DNA from: the human T2T-CHM13v2.0 reference genome, Homo sapiens
Direction: 5' to 3' (one strand)
Length of the DNA stretch: 64,000 nucleotides
Assembly (NCBI RefSeq): GCF_009914755.1
Contig: NC_060926.1
Shown piece after piece: positions 12,556-27,886 of this stretch (its first letter is position 1; each line of letters starts with the position of its first letter). The notes beneath the pieces are model-generated. The model saw nothing but the letters and a program-made list of their open reading frames with translations, did not search any database and had not been told where the DNA came from. The position numbers and the translations under genes are program-made.

Positions 12556-14786
12556 TTGACTCTTCAAATGTATGAACAAGGTACATTCACTAGCTAATTA
12601 AGTCTTCCTTTATTTCCTTTGCAATGATTTGTATCTTTCAGTGTACACAAAAAACAAAATATCCAAATGCTTAGTTTTGTTGTTAAGGTATGCTCTTTGA
12701 CAAAAAGAGTATTATATGAAAAACACTAATCTAACATTGTCATCTCTGATAAAACATTTCTTATGAATAACAATGTATGATTTCAATTGTGATAAAAATA
12801 ATGGGTTCCATAGGAATCATAGCATATTGTGTTCAAGTTATATAAAATTACACCATAGAATTTATATTTTCAGAAGAGTTTTGAATGACCATTGTGGTGA
12901 TACATGCTTTTTTTTTTCTTCTCCTATGCCATGTTTTGTAGTCATTTTATTCAAAATATATACATTTTCATTTTTGAAGAGTGTTTACCTGGACTTCATT
13001 AAATAACCAGTGTATATTTCATTTTAGGTAAGATTTGTTTCAGTTGTAATTAAGATCCTTAGCCTCTAATTCTAGTTGAATTTTTCCCATCAATTCTTCT
13101 CATTTATTCACTACAAAGAAATTGCTATAGTACTTAAAGTATCTAATTATACAGTTTTGCTCCCTTATAAATAAATGAGAACATAATGAATACATTAGTA
13201 ATCAGTGGGTGGATTCACAACAATGTAAGAGGTATAAAATATTTGTACAGCTTGACAGGTAGAAACATTTCTCTACTAATGGTTTATGTAAATTCATTAC
13301 TTATATACTTTTGATGGGATTCTATAGTATTCTCTTATTTTATGATTTCTTATTGTTAGTATGTAGAAATTCAATTGTCTTTTCTGCATTGACCTTGCAT
13401 CTTGCAATCCTAAACATTATCTTCTTTGTTAGCTAGTAGCTTTTTTATATATTTCATAGAGTTTATTGCATATGCAATCATGTCATCTGTTAATAAAGAT
13501 TTTTACTTCTTACTTTTTAAACAGTATGATTTTTTTCCCTACTACACTGGCTAAAACATCCAGTATAATTTTAAAAAACAAGAGATAAGAATAAATATCC
13601 CTTTTTTCCTTTTTATTAGTAAAAAGCATTGGGCCTTGCCCTTGGATATTATATTAGCTATAAGTTTTTTAATAGATACCCCAAATCAAATGGAGAAAAT
13701 CTATTCTCACTTTTCTGAGAGTGGTTTCCTATGAATGAGTGCTGAATTTTGTCAAATATTTTTTTCCACCTATTAAAGTGAACACATTATTTATCTCTTT
13801 TGTAATTTTAATGTGGTAATTAAAATTACTGATTTTCTGACAAACCTTACATTCTCAGGATAAATTCTACTGGGTCCATGCTTTTTGATTTGATTTCCTA
13901 ATTTTTTAAAAATAATTGTGTGTCTACATTCATGAAGGTTATCAATCTGTCATTCTTTCTTTAAATATCTTGTCTGATTTTGGTATTCAGGCATTACCGA
14001 ACTCATAAAATGAATTATGAAGTGTCCTTTATTTTCTGAAAAATTTTGTGCGTAATTGTAATTTTGGTTTGCCTCAATGTTTGATAGTGTTCAGATGTGA
14101 AGACAAGCTATGCACTTCCAATTGAATAAATTTTGGTATTGTCTATCTTTCCAGAATTTTTTTATTCCATCTAAGTTGCCAAACATATTAGAATAAAGTT
14201 GCTTATAATATTATTTTATTACTCTTTAATGAACATTGGAACTTATAAAAAGCCACATCTCTCATCCCTGGGATTGGTCGTGTGTATTTTGTGTCTCTTT
14301 TCAACATTATGGAGTTTTACCAAATGTATTAGTCATTTCAAAGAACTAGCCCATGGTTTTATTGGGCCTTTTGTTGTGTGTACTGTTTTGTTATTGATTT
14401 CTATTCCTATCTTTATTATATCTCTTCTACTTACTTTGTTTTTAATTTTTCTTATTTTTCTAATGTCAACGTGGGAACAATAATTGCTCATTTTAATTAT
14501 CTACTCTTTTTTCATTTAAGCAATAAATTATACATTTCCCTGTAAACTCTCCATTAGAAGCATCCAACATATTTTGGAATAATTGCCAAATCTCTTTATG
14601 CTCCTACATTTATTTTATCTTTGTGAATAATCCATATTCACTTGAAAAAAAATTTGTACTCTGCTCTTGTTGAGTTTACAGATGATTATGTCACTCCTGA
14701 TTTTTTTTGGCATATTTATATCAATAGTTAAGACAGGGGTTTCAAATCATGAACTATTTTTAAGATTTTAAAAATTTTCAACTTAT

Positions 14787-15084
14787 GGCCAGGCATGGTG
14801 GCTCATGCCTGTAATCCCAACATTCTGGGAGGCCAAGGCAGGCGGATCACTTAAGGTCAGCAGTTCAAGGCCAGCCTGACCAACATGGCGAAACTCCGTC
14901 TCTACTATAAATACAAAAATTAGCCGGGTATGGTGGCGGGCACCTGTAATCCCAGCTACTCAGGAGGTTGAGACAAGAGAATCACTTGAATCCGAGAGGC
15001 AGAGGTTGCAGTGAGCAGGGATCATGCCACTGCACTCCAGCCTGGGTAACAGAGTGAGACTCTGTCTCAAAAAAAAAAAAAAAA
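14787..15084 (+). mobile_element. Full-length AluSx-like
   Basis: ggccaggcatggtggctcatgcctgtaatccc...gatcacttaaggtcag...gagactctgtctc plus poly(A). Confidence 0.95.
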
Positions 15085-16002
15085 ATTATATTTTTTAATT
15101 TTGCCAAATTTTGCATTACATACTTTAAAGCTCTGTTATTATTTAAACATACTTCTTTTATAATTTTTTCATCTTTTTGATCAATTGATACATGGATAAT
15201 TATGGAGTACTTTATGTCTGGTATGTATTTTATCTTGAAATCTAGTTTACCTGAAGTAATATTGTTCATCCAAGCTTCTTATGCTTTCTGTTTGTGTGTC
15301 GTACTTTCTCTTCTTCCATTTACTTTCAATTTTATAATCCATTCTAATGATCTTCCTTTAAAAGAGAATGTATGTTCTATTAATATTTTTTCCAATTGGT
15401 AATATATTTGGATTGGAATCTACAATTTTTTAAATCGGCATTCCACTTTTGTCTATTTTTGACTCATATTCTCTTCCTTTACTGTCTGTTTTTAATTACA
15501 TAAATATTTTTAAATATCAGTTTAAATTTTTGGCTGGTTTTCTAGGTATACTTTTTTAAGTTATACACTCAGTTATAAAACACATTTTTAAAATTGTACA
15601 GTCCACTTTCAGTTAATATTGAAATATTTCACATAAAATATGTAAACCTTGCAACTGCAAAGATATATATGCCTCCATTTTTTATGTGTTATATGTATTG
15701 GATTTGTATCCATTGTAAACATTGCAAAGCAACATTTAGTCTTTTGTTTGAAAGATTATGTCATGACTACAGAAATTAAGAAAACAAGAAGAAAGAAAAA
15801 GATACTATTTATTACAATATTTCTGATTCCTAATGCTCTTTAATCTTTTCTAAATACATTAATTTATATATATCATTTCCCTTAAGCTTGAAGACATTCA
15901 TTTATATTTTCGTAGTGCTGGTATTCTGGCAAAGCTCTCTTTACATTTTTATTCAAAATTATTTTTTATTTTACCTTCATTATTTTTAAATATTTTTAAA
16001 TT

Positions 16003-16155
16003 CATTTTTTACAGATGATAAAATTATTTGTATTTTTACAACATTTACAACATGATGTTTGAAATATATATACACTGTAGAATGGCTAAATCAAGTTAGT
16101 TACCACAGTTATTACTTCCCATAATTATTATTTCTGTGATGAGAACACTTAGAAG
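16003..16155 (-). mobile_element. L1MA 3' end fragment
   Basis: tacaacatgatgtttgaaatatatatacactgtagaatggctaaatcaag...gtgatgagaacactta. Confidence 0.7.
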
Positions 16156-18171
16156 CATATTTTCACTAGATATAGAATTCTGGGTTGACAGATATTCTTT
16201 AATAACTTTCAAAACCTTCTGGTCTCTTGCTTCTGGTGAGAAGTCAGCCATTAATTGAACTAGTGTTCCCCCATATGTGATGTTTCATTTTTCTCTTCCT
16301 GTTTTCAAGAATTTTATTTTGTTCTTAGTAGTTTGACTAAAATGTGCCTCTGTATAAATTCTTCATGTTTATTCCGCTTAGTGTTGTACTTTGTATTAGC
16401 AAATTTTTATCTTTCATCAAAAGTTATTTACAATTATTTTTTCAATTATTTTTTCTGCTTTATGATTTTTTGTCTTTTTCTGGGATCCTAATTATATACA
16501 TGTTATAATACTTATTACTTGCTTGTGCAGATAATGAAGTCTTTTGTTTTTCTCTGATTAATATTGTTTCTTTTGTTTTCATTGGTAATTATTATGTTAG
16601 GTGAATATGAACTTAAACTCTGTTGCTGGAGAAGCAGATCTGAGCTGAAAGCTCAGATTTTTTGGTTTGAGTGAGCTGCTCTAAATCTGATCTGCACCTA
16701 TAAGATTAAGGGATCCATGGGGGAGGGGCAGAAAGAACCCCTCTCCAGCTCTCAGTGGGTGCACTTTCAACACCTTAAAGATTGTAGTTTTTCAGCAGAA
16801 GCTACCATTACTCTACATGTGCTGTTCTTGTGGTACTCATTCTGAAGGGAAAACAGAAAATCACTCCCTGGGCCATTTTCCAGGCCTGTGCCCCAACAAA
16901 GTCAGTTTGCTATTCTTCCCTCTCCTGTAATTTCAGGGAGTTACTTTTTGTATTTTGCCCATATTTTTTAGTTGTTTTCAGTAGAGGGGATTAATAAAAT
17001 AGGCTACTAGTATTATTCTTAGAAGCACAAATTAATGTGCATAATTTAAATAATAATCTTTATCACTAAAGCAAGATCACTGACTTGGAGTACATTCCAG
17101 AATATTTGTTTTGGTTTGTTCTAGTCTGGTTTTCTTTGCATATTAACAGATGGTCCTCTTTAGAGTTCAAACCCTATACTGAGCTACCACAACATATATT
17201 ACAACTATAATTTTATTCACAGATAGAATGATATTCTGTCTGAAGCACAGTTGTACTGGGAGATATAGCCACAGATAATGGTTTCTATTTGTTCATGGAT
17301 TCTCAAAATTCCACAAGTTCATTAATATACTGTAAGGAGAACACTAATGAAAAAAATGAATTATTTGGTGGAGGATCCCTGTTTCATACTCATAGACTCA
17401 TGAATGTCTCTGTGATAAAGAAATCCCTGTATTTCAAGTGAGCAGGAAAGTTAATCTTGACCTAAAGATGGATACACAGAAGTGACTACTTGAAAAGTGT
17501 TGAAACCTCTATTTTTTCAAGCTTTTAATTATACATATGGACCTCTTTTTTTGGAGAATTTGCTGACTAGCTTGCTTATGACTGATTTATGTTAAAGCTT
17601 CTCAAAAACACTGAGGGAAAGTGTCATAAATAAAACTACTTAATTCTTAAGACACGGAAATTGCTTATTAAAATCATATTGCCTCTGAAACATATTCATC
17701 TTGTGATATTTAGAAAATATAGCAAAATCATGTCTTATTTCATGATGATATGCACCTTAAAATTACTGCTATTTCTAATTTTCTATTTCTTGTTTACTTA
17801 CTTTTGTCTCTGTGTTTTGAAAGTCTGCAGCTAAATCAAAGCACAAACCTTGAAACATGGTAAACAAAAAGAGGTACCGTAGACATTTTTCCAAATGTCT
17901 TTTGTATTTAATATACTTGGAAAAAAAGTGAAAACGGGTAAGTAATTAGACAAAAACATCCAACAGGCATTTTTCTACCACAGCTTTTCTAGAAAAAATA
18001 ATTCACTTTAAAAGATAAAAGAAATAGTCTATAGAAACAATAATTTAAAAACCATTAAACATTTAAAATACCTCTACTTTTAATTAATGAATTTCAAAAT
18101 CAGAACCACTTAAAAGCTTGATAATACTCAGGACTTGTGAGAGTTTGGAGACTGAAATCCTCAGAATGCTA

Positions 18172-18377
18172 ATAGATCTTGATGAAATGTTTTATAGTAT
18201 AATTTGATAATTTTACTGCTAGTGATTTACTCTGTAGAATTCTATTTGTACTTGTAAACATATGCACAACATATGCTATAGATCTTGATGAAATGTTTTA
18301 TAGTATAATTTGATAATTTTACTGCTAGTGATTTACTCTGTGTAGAATTCTATTTGTACTTGTAGACATATGCACAA
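18172..18377. repeat. Near-perfect tandem duplication, 106-bp period
   Basis: atagatcttgatg...catatgcacaa at 18172 and 18278; differs by one 2-bp indel and one substitution. Confidence 0.97.
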
Positions 18378-18495
18378 TGTCTACATCTTTGTTTCTGGTA
18401 GTAAAAAAATGTCAAAATAATTAGCAGAGGAGTGAGCATTAGTGATGGCACCTTCCTACAATGAAAAACAATGCAGCTCTCAAAAAATAGAGCCA

Positions 18496-18718
18496 TATAT
18501 ATATATATATATATATATAGGTATCTATATGTATATATATATATGTATATATGCTATATACATATATATGCTATATGTATATATGTATATATGCTATATA
18601 CATATATATGCTATATGTATATATATGTATATATGCTATATACATATATATGCTATATGTATATATGTATATATGCTATATACATATATATGCTATATGT
18701 ATATATATGTATATATGC
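18496..18718. repeat. TA-rich micro/minisatellite (~38-40-bp higher-order unit)
   Basis: (TA)n followed by repeated atatgctatatacatatatatgctatatgtatatatgt. Confidence 0.95.
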
Positions 18719-18989
18719 TGATATTGAAAAATCTCTAAGATTTATTTTTAATTAAACGGGGGGGCAAATAAACCTACAGTGGTAACATTTGTATAATAAA
18801 AAATTGTGTGTATGTGTGTGTGTTAGCAAGAGAGTGCATGTGCATTAATTAGGTTGTGACAGAGCTCTTTTCCAACCCTTAAAATACTCATTTCTTTTTC
18901 ATTTCTCAAAAGTTTTCATGCTGAGAAGAATAAAATCTGACAGCGTAACTGAGGGAATAACAGGGAGTATACTTCTCATTTAAATCATT

Positions 18990-19440
18990 AAAAAGCATTA
19001 ATATCAGAGAATAGAAAAAAAATTAACAACCTTGAAGATAAATTTTAAGAACAATAGTCAACTGGGAAATAGAAATAAATTTTTAACCCTGAAATCATTT
19101 ATTAAATGTCAGAAACACTAAAAAATTAGACCTTCCACTATAAAAGCTGAAGAAAAAAAAAACCCAACCCGTCTCTCTCCTAAAATAGACGAAAGGTGAT
19201 AACAGCATTAAGAGCTGAAAATAATGAAATAAAAACAAAAAAAGGAACCACAAAATCTAGCATTTGAAAAAGATGAATAAATATGATAATCTTTTCATGG
19301 CCACTATGAAAGAGAGAAAGAGAGCAAGCAAGCATATACAATTGATAATATTATAAACAATAACAAAGAAGCCACAGATGGAAATTAAAACAGAAATATA
19401 AGAAAACACAAAAATAATTAAATATCACTGGATGAGTATA
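18990..19440 (+). mobile_element. Old L1 ORF2 fragment
   Basis: A-rich L1 motifs aaagattaagagc-like (cattaagagctgaaaataatgaaataaaaac), tttgaaaaagatgaataaa. Confidence 0.55.
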
Positions 19441-21044
19441 TCAGCTTTAAGTCAAAACTTTGTATCTTGAAATTGCATCAGCAGCACTAGTCTTATTTAC
19501 TTCCTTTGTTGTATATAGTTCTATTGTCCATAAAATTTTAAACATCAGGATTACACAGACAGTGATTGGGTCATATTGGTTCAAGCAATGTGTCTGAATA
19601 ATAACTTACTCATTAGTAAATTTTTGTTAAGTGTTAGGTGATAGAATATATGAATGTATTAATGGAATTATGCTAAGCCTGAAAGTTAATAAAACAAAAA
19701 TCATATGTATCTATCCAGTAGTCATAAGAACATCAGATCAAACTTTGATATAAATATTTGGCCCAGAAGTACGGATGGTGGAATTAATACACACTGAAAG
19801 AGTCTGTAGATGATTGCTTTTTGCTAATAGTTCATGCTGCTTGTCTTATATGTACAATATCAAAATAATTTGAGTGATTATTTAGAGGTTATCTGCTTAT
19901 TCAAATTATATTTTGCAAAACTGGCCATCATATCCGTAACACTGATGATGTGTCTAGTGCTTCTTACCCAGCACAAAACTAACAAGGGTAACACTGGTGA
20001 TATGGAACACTACAGTTCTTTCTATAGTTCTATTCATACCTGATTATGATATGAATAAAATCATAAATGACAAATGTTTTAACGGAAAGCATTCCAATTA
20101 TCATACCACTCTTTCCTACAGTTATAGCTCCACCTTAAAAGAGGACTAGGGAAGATATGTCCTGTAGTAACTTAATGAAAAATAATTATCTAAATCTCTG
20201 AAGTTTGTGAAATGAATGTGCATCCATTGAACCTGACTGCAGGAGAAACACTGTAAAAATGCATCTCTGGGCAAGAAACAACATGATAATAGGAAGAAAA
20301 ATGAAAATGTAAGATTAAGAAATAACACATCTCTGTCTACCAATATACTGTATGGAAAAAAAACTGATAAGGAAAGAAAAAGGAGGCAAATAAACTTACA
20401 ATGCAAAAATGAGATAGTTACTATTTTGAATGACGTGAATTACATATCAGTCAAGTATCAGAGAATAAGCTCATTTTTCCTATACTATAATAAAGCTGAT
20501 CGAGTTTAATGCTATATAATATAGAAATATAGTAATATATGATAATGTACAATAGTGTGTCATTACAACAGTTACATTTTCCTTCCTTATTGACATTTTA
20601 GTATTACATTTTTATATTTAAGGCATAAAATATAATGTCTTAGTATATACACTCTCTGATGATTATCTTTGAGTCATCCAAATGTAATCATTTTCTTTTG
20701 CAAAACCTGTTTCTTACACGATGACCAAATTGAACATAACAAAGTATTCTACTGAATAATTAGCCACCAATTTGAAAAATGCTACAGCTCTTCTCTTTTT
20801 TTCTATTTTCTTTTGTGTAGTTGTGCCTATTTTCTCAAGATAGGAATATCTGTTCCTTTCAATGCAGGGACTTTTTAATGACATAAAAAGCAAATAAAGA
20901 TGCACTGATTTTTCCCAAATGTTATGCAAAAGAAACAGGAACAATCATTCAGTATGTATCCTTTTCAATTCAAAGACAGTATTGAGAATCAAAATGGTGC
21001 ACATAATATATTTTACCACAGAAGTTAACATCCTAATCCTCTGT

Positions 21045-21175
21045 GAAAAGAAAGAAAGAAAGGAAGGTGGGAAGGTAGGAAGGCAGGAAGGCAAGAAGGT
21101 GGGAAGGAAAAAGGAAAAAGAAAAAGAGAAAGACAGAAAAAAAGAGTGGAGAAAGAGGAGAAGGGAAAGAAAGCA
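21045..21175. repeat. GA-rich simple repeat (GGAA/GAAA)
   Basis: gaaaagaaagaaagaaaggaaggtgggaaggtaggaaggc... Confidence 0.9.
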
Positions 21176-22590
21176 AGCTTGGAATACATTAAACTGAATG
21201 CATAGACCAGAATGAAAGATAAGACTCCAATAACACTGAAAAGACACAGAGAATTGAATCTGTTATAAATGATTTATGCTCTAGGATCATGAGGTTAAAA
21301 AGGCAAAAGCTTTAATGTTCACTTATGCGAGAATGTCAAGTCACTGGTCTAGATAAAGAGTTTGACAATAATAAGATTTTAAAAGTGGATATTTTCTGTT
21401 AGCATTGTCTGCCATAATAAATAGAGGTCATAAAGCTTTGATCTAAACATATTCAGTGGGGATTAATACTGCAAGCAGATCATTCATCTGAACTTTGAGA
21501 ATGTACTTACAAGCCAATTTAGTAAATGAATAATGGCATAAAGACTATTTGTGAGTCTCAGAGAAATGTATACCTCTTCCAAGATCTCTGATTTTTTTTT
21601 TTAATTTCACTCTAATTCTTTTTCCAGTACATAATGTTTTATTTCAAATTTTGATAAAACCATGTCTTCTTTAGGGTCAAATTTTATAATCACTTATATT
21701 AACTACAATGACAAATAGTTCCACCACAACCAGTAATAATAATTGCAAGATAATAATTGTCCTTCAGAACCTCTAACTCCTGTATCCTCAGAATGTTGCT
21801 GAGAAAAGTGAAATATAAATTGTAAATAAATTTGCTTTTAAGATAGATAACTTTGAATTTGAGTGAATTGCTTATTTAAAGTTCGTTTATCTTCTAGGAA
21901 TCCACCTGTATAGAGATTGTTTGACTACAATATATGATAAATAATCCAACTCATTGAAACATGTCAATTCAAAGGACAAGTCGAGTTTGTTTCACTGGCT
22001 GTGAGTAAACCATTCTTCATAATTATTTGAGTCTATCTGTAACATATAATGAAAATATTTCACATCCATTGAATATAAAAGCAAAATTAAAATTTCCCTT
22101 TGAGTTCCAATATTTTCTTCAACAGAAATGTAGGGACATAATATTAAAAATTGAGTAATTATAACTGACTTGTTCTCAACATCTTTTAATTACTCCACTG
22201 CACTTTGATGACTTTAATACTTTCATTGCATTTCAATATAGAATTGTTCATCATATTGATATATAATACTGTTTAAAGAAATTACACAGAAAATGTTAAA
22301 TGCTCCAGAAGCACCTTTTTGGCAATGGTTCAAAGTTGAACCTATTACTTTATTTCCATTAGACAGTGGTAGGCAGGAGAGATACCATTCCTAGAATCCA
22401 TATATGTAGGTAACTATGTTTTTGCATGTGTATATATGAAATTCTAGGGAATTTTGACTTCGCATGATACAAGAAGAAAGTAATATCCACACTAACAATA
22501 TCCAAAAATATATTAAGATTTTAACACAAAGGCAATACTCAAAATTGTTTCCAAAATACATAAAATTTTCTTTTTTGAGAACATCATACA

Positions 22591-22895
<305 letters not shown>

Positions 22896-22899
22896 CCGT

Positions 22900-23500
22900 C
22901 ATGTATCATCAATATTTTATAATTTTAAAGGCAATATAACCTTATCATTGTTTCACTATACTGTTATCTAATGAAATATTATCTTTCAGGGGCTCATATT
23001 GGTTGTTTCCATTTCTGTTTACCTATTATAATTCAACCTGGAATAACGTGAAGGCTCTGGCAATTATCATGAATATGTTTTATAGTAATAAAATCAATTT
23101 AAGCTTTCACCAGAAGTGGTAAGAGAGAATTTCACAGTGACCCTGCTGATAATTAATATCCTTCTATTTCCTAATTTTGACAATAAAGAACTTTTGACAA
23201 TAAAGAAAATATGTTGTGATTACTTTAATTGACAGTTCTGTAATTATTTAATGAGATAAACATTTTCTCACATACATATTAGGAATTTTATTTCATATTT
23301 TGAAAACTGCTTGCATCCTTTGCCAATTGTTTTCCAGTTGGTTGTTTTGTTTTTATCTTGGTATACTTTCAAATCAGGTGATAAATTAAAATTTAATAAA
23401 ATAACTAGGTGATTAAAGTTGTTATATATGTCTTAAGTATACCTCAAATATTGTCTTTAATTTAAATGCAATTATATAACATTTTATGAATCTAAGCATA
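22900..23500 (-). mobile_element. Old L1ME 3' region fragment
   Basis: ggttgtttccattt, gaaaactgcttgcatcctttgccaatt. Confidence 0.5.
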
Positions 23501-23924
23501 CCATTACCTCTAATCCTCTAATCTAATTCATTAAAGGTAAACAGTTATATCAACATTTTTGTTACCACGAACTGTTCAGAAAGACCTGGCCCATAATGCT
23601 ATCTACTTTTTACAATAGATTACTATTAATTTACTTATTTTAGCTCTTTATTACTTCAATTTTCCCCTCTGACTCCAATGTTTGGCTGCTTCAAATGCCC
23701 CCTAGAGATCTGTAAACCATTTCATTTTGGAGAACAGATTAGTAATCTGTCATCTATCAACTATATTGCTATTGTTTATTTAATTCCTGCTATCATTAGT
23801 TAATATGGTTTTACCAGTCAAAGCTTATTTTAAAAATATTCTTCTGTCTTGACCCCTTTTGTACCCCAAAATAAGTCACTTTAACTTCTTCACTGTAATT
23901 TCCTAAGTTTAATGGCCAGGATAC

Positions 23925-24458
<534 letters not shown>

Positions 24459-25689
24459 TGAGTGACTTCTTCCAAACCCAAAATCCTTTCCTGGTAAAAA
24501 TTAAGTTGGTAAGTATAAGTCTGCAAACAGTTGGGTAAGCCATCCAATATTTCTATTTTATCAAAAATTAAAATTGACTTTCAACTTTGAGAACCTACCA
24601 CTATAAGCTTCCTATCACAACCATCAGGACTGGAACAAGATTCTGGGATCCTTGAACAATAAGGACTCTCCAGTCATCACTCTTGCATGCTTTTAATAGC
24701 TGAAACACCAGCACTCATAGTCTGCTTCTGTGCCAAGTTTAGGCAATGAGCTTTTTGGTAAGATTGGAAACCACAGACTTGGGTTGAAACTCTGTAGTGT
24801 ACCACTTCAGTATTCCATTTCCTCAAAGGCAAATCACACAATTAGCGAGCTGCCAGGAAGCAAAGCACAGGACAAATGTTCCTCTAGAGTTGATATAAAT
24901 TTTCTCCTCTCCTCAAACCCCCATTCTCATCAACTTACTTAGAATTTTTAAAACAAGACAGCAAGCTGTGACATAAACTAGCCCAAAGGGAAGAAAACAA
25001 CTCACGCTACTTATTTCAATTGGTCAATAAAATAAGAAAGTAAAAGGAAAATATATAATTCATATCTTAAGAAGATTTCTTAATGCTATTTGCAGTATTT
25101 TCTAGCTCTCAAATTTACCATAATTAACAGAGCAAGTTGAACTTTCTGACTATATTTTTATATTAAATTATCCTCTGCCTTTTGTCTTCTGTTTCCTACA
25201 ATGCCTTTTTTTTTTTAATGTCTTTTTCCTCTGGTTCCTGAAGGACATCCACTGCTGCTTAGTTCACATAACCAAAAAGCTCTGTGTTGTGATTGTAATA
25301 ATTTACACTCCAAACATCAATCACTGTGTGTGAATTCTAATTGCTCCAAATTATCACAACACTTGGTGAGGTGATCTCTCACTGTGTTTTATTGGATTTT
25401 GTTTCTTTTCATTTGCAATTATGTGTCTAAGCATAGTAGAGAGAGAGAGACAGGGAGAGAATTGCAAAATGTGGTGAATTTTTCTACTGCTTTGTCTATA
25501 GTCCCACCTTTGTCTTACATTGGCCTGTGTGCTGTAATTTATAGAATTTTCACAAAGATATTCTGGCCCATGTTTTGTTGATATACTCATGTCTACGAGG
25601 GAAGAAGAGCCTAAGGCTTCCTAGTCCACAATCTTGCTTACCCCACCTTTCTCTCTTTGTTGTTCTGATTTACAGTTTCCCTGTTCCAA

Positions 25690-27244
25690 ATGATGTTGAG
25701 CAATTTCACATGTGCTTATCATGCAATTTTATACCATCTTTTCTGAAGTGTTAGTCCACTTCTCTGGCTCCTTCTATCTTCTTTGCCTATTTTTTTTTTT
25801 TTTTTGGCTTGTGTGTTTTATCATTGATTTAGAAATTTATTAAGGAAATTATATATTTAATTGTCTAATTATCTCTTCTGGCTCTCTTTTTTTCTCATGT
25901 AATGTGGTATTTTTATAAAAAGAAGTTCCTAAATTTTGGGAAGCCCAATTAGTCAAAAATTGTCTATATATTTAATGTTTTTTAAACTAATATTTTAAAA
26001 AATCTTGTCTATGTTATCAGGAAAAATATCTTCTTTAATATAGTCTAGAAATCATATTATTTTATCTATAATATTTTCATAACCTTTAAGAATTGATTTT
26101 TGTATATTGTATAATAATGATGTGATTTATATTTTCTATATCGCTAGTGATGCACCCAAGAAATAGTTAACAAATAGACCTTTCTTTACTGGTCTGTATT
26201 ACTCCTTTGTTCTAAATTAAGTGGTCTTGTGCATACGGGTCTCTTTCTAGCATCTCGATATTTTTTATTGGCCTTTTTGTTTATCTGTGTACCAATATTA
26301 TATTCCCACAATTATAGATTCTTAAATGTAAGCTTTGAAATCTGTAAAAGTGTGACCCATAATTCAAATCTTGAAGTGTATGTTTCTTCTTGACCATTTT
26401 AATTTTTGTGTAAATTTTTAAATCAGCTTTGTTGATTTCCACAAAAATGTATTAGATCTTAATTAGTATTCAATTAATTTTTTTGTTATTCATCAAACTT
26501 GCCATATTTCTATAAATGTTATAAATATTTTCAAGAACAAATTTTAATATTGATAGATTCTATTGAGTTTTGGTCTTATATTTCAAAAATTTCTGCTTTT
26601 TTTGTTTAGTTTATTTGCATTTATTTTTCTTTTTATTATCTAGTCTCTTAACACTTGGCACATTAGTTTATAGCTCTTTTCTAATATTTTCATTTTATAC
26701 TACAACTTTAGCTCCAACCATAGGGTTTGCTACAACCTTGTTTATTTTGTTATGTCATATTTATATTATCCTTTTGCCCAATTTTGTTTTGATCCATGGA
26801 CTTTTCATTTTTTTACACTTTTAGAATCTAGAGACAATTTCTAGTAATTTTTTTGTCACTGAGTTATAATTTTATTCAATTCATAATCCTGGATATAGTA
26901 CATTTGCCCAATATTCAGTGTGTACCTGAAAAACTTGTATCATTATTGAATGCCAATAAAATTCATTTGTAAATGTATCATTGATTTATTTGTGCATGCT
27001 TATTCTGTCAGTTATTGGCAGAGTATTTTTAAATTCCCTACTATGAATATGGGTATGATTATTTCTAATTTACTTCTCTATTGTGTGTGTTCATATTATT
27101 AGATGCATAATACTTGAAATTGTTGTATCTTACTGGTAGATGGAACTTTTTATCTTAATACACTTTATTTTTTATCTTGAGTGTTGGGTCTTTTTTGATA
27201 AGTCGATTATGTGTTTTAATTTCTATTGATTATTTTTGCTTTTG
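25690..27244 (-). mobile_element. Old L1M/L1ME fragments
   Basis: aatgatgttgagcaatttcacatgtgctta; aatcagctttgttgatttccacaaaaa; aaattccctactatg. Confidence 0.65.
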
Positions 27245-27248
27245 GTAA

Positions 27249-27886
27249 CGAAACCGCCCTTGCAAAAATTATAACTGAGGAAATTATGACAGTGAAAGAG
27301 ATCTGACCTAACTGACTCCATCTTGCTTCTAACCTCCACACTGTCCTTGTTCATTCCTGAGTGTAGGCCAAACTAACTTTGGGAGGAACTTGGTTTATAG
27401 TATAACTTTGAAACAAAGACAGTAACAGCCCTTTCCCCAAACAAAACCCCCTCTTGCCTGGGAATAAACAGTCTTTGGGACTAACAAATTAGCCACAAGA
27501 TTAAAAATTATAGTTTATGAGTCACTGTTTTAAAACCTGAGATCAGTTCTTGAGATATTTTGCAGACCCCGTGTTCCAATGCACCAGTTGACACCACCCA
27601 AATTGATAAGCTGGCTCATCTGGTCCTGTGACCCCTATCCAGGAACTGATTTAGTACAAGAGGACAGCTTCAACTCCATCAGCAATCCCCACTTTCCAGA
27701 GCCCTACCCACCAAATTATCCTTAAAAACCCCAAGCCCCGAATTTTTGGGGAGGTTGAATAATAACTCCATCTCCCACATGGTGTGGCCAGCCTCACATC
27801 AGTCACACTCTTTACTGCTATGCAATGGTCTTGGTGAGTTGATTTTATATGTGCAACGAGCAGGAAGAACCTGATGGGCAGTTACC
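27249..27886 (+). mobile_element. Solo ERV1 LTR (LTR8/LTR8A)
   Basis: gaaaccgcccttgcaaaaattataactgaggaaattatgacagtgaaagagatctgacctaactgactccatcttgcttct...gggcagttac; 4-bp TSD gtaa at 27245 and 27887. Confidence 0.88.

Noticed and set aside
18442-18755. Two Y/I/M/C-rich ORFs
   Set aside because: Translation of the TA minisatellite.
20919-21247. K/E/R-rich and F/S/L-rich ORFs
   Set aside because: Translations of the GA-rich simple repeat.
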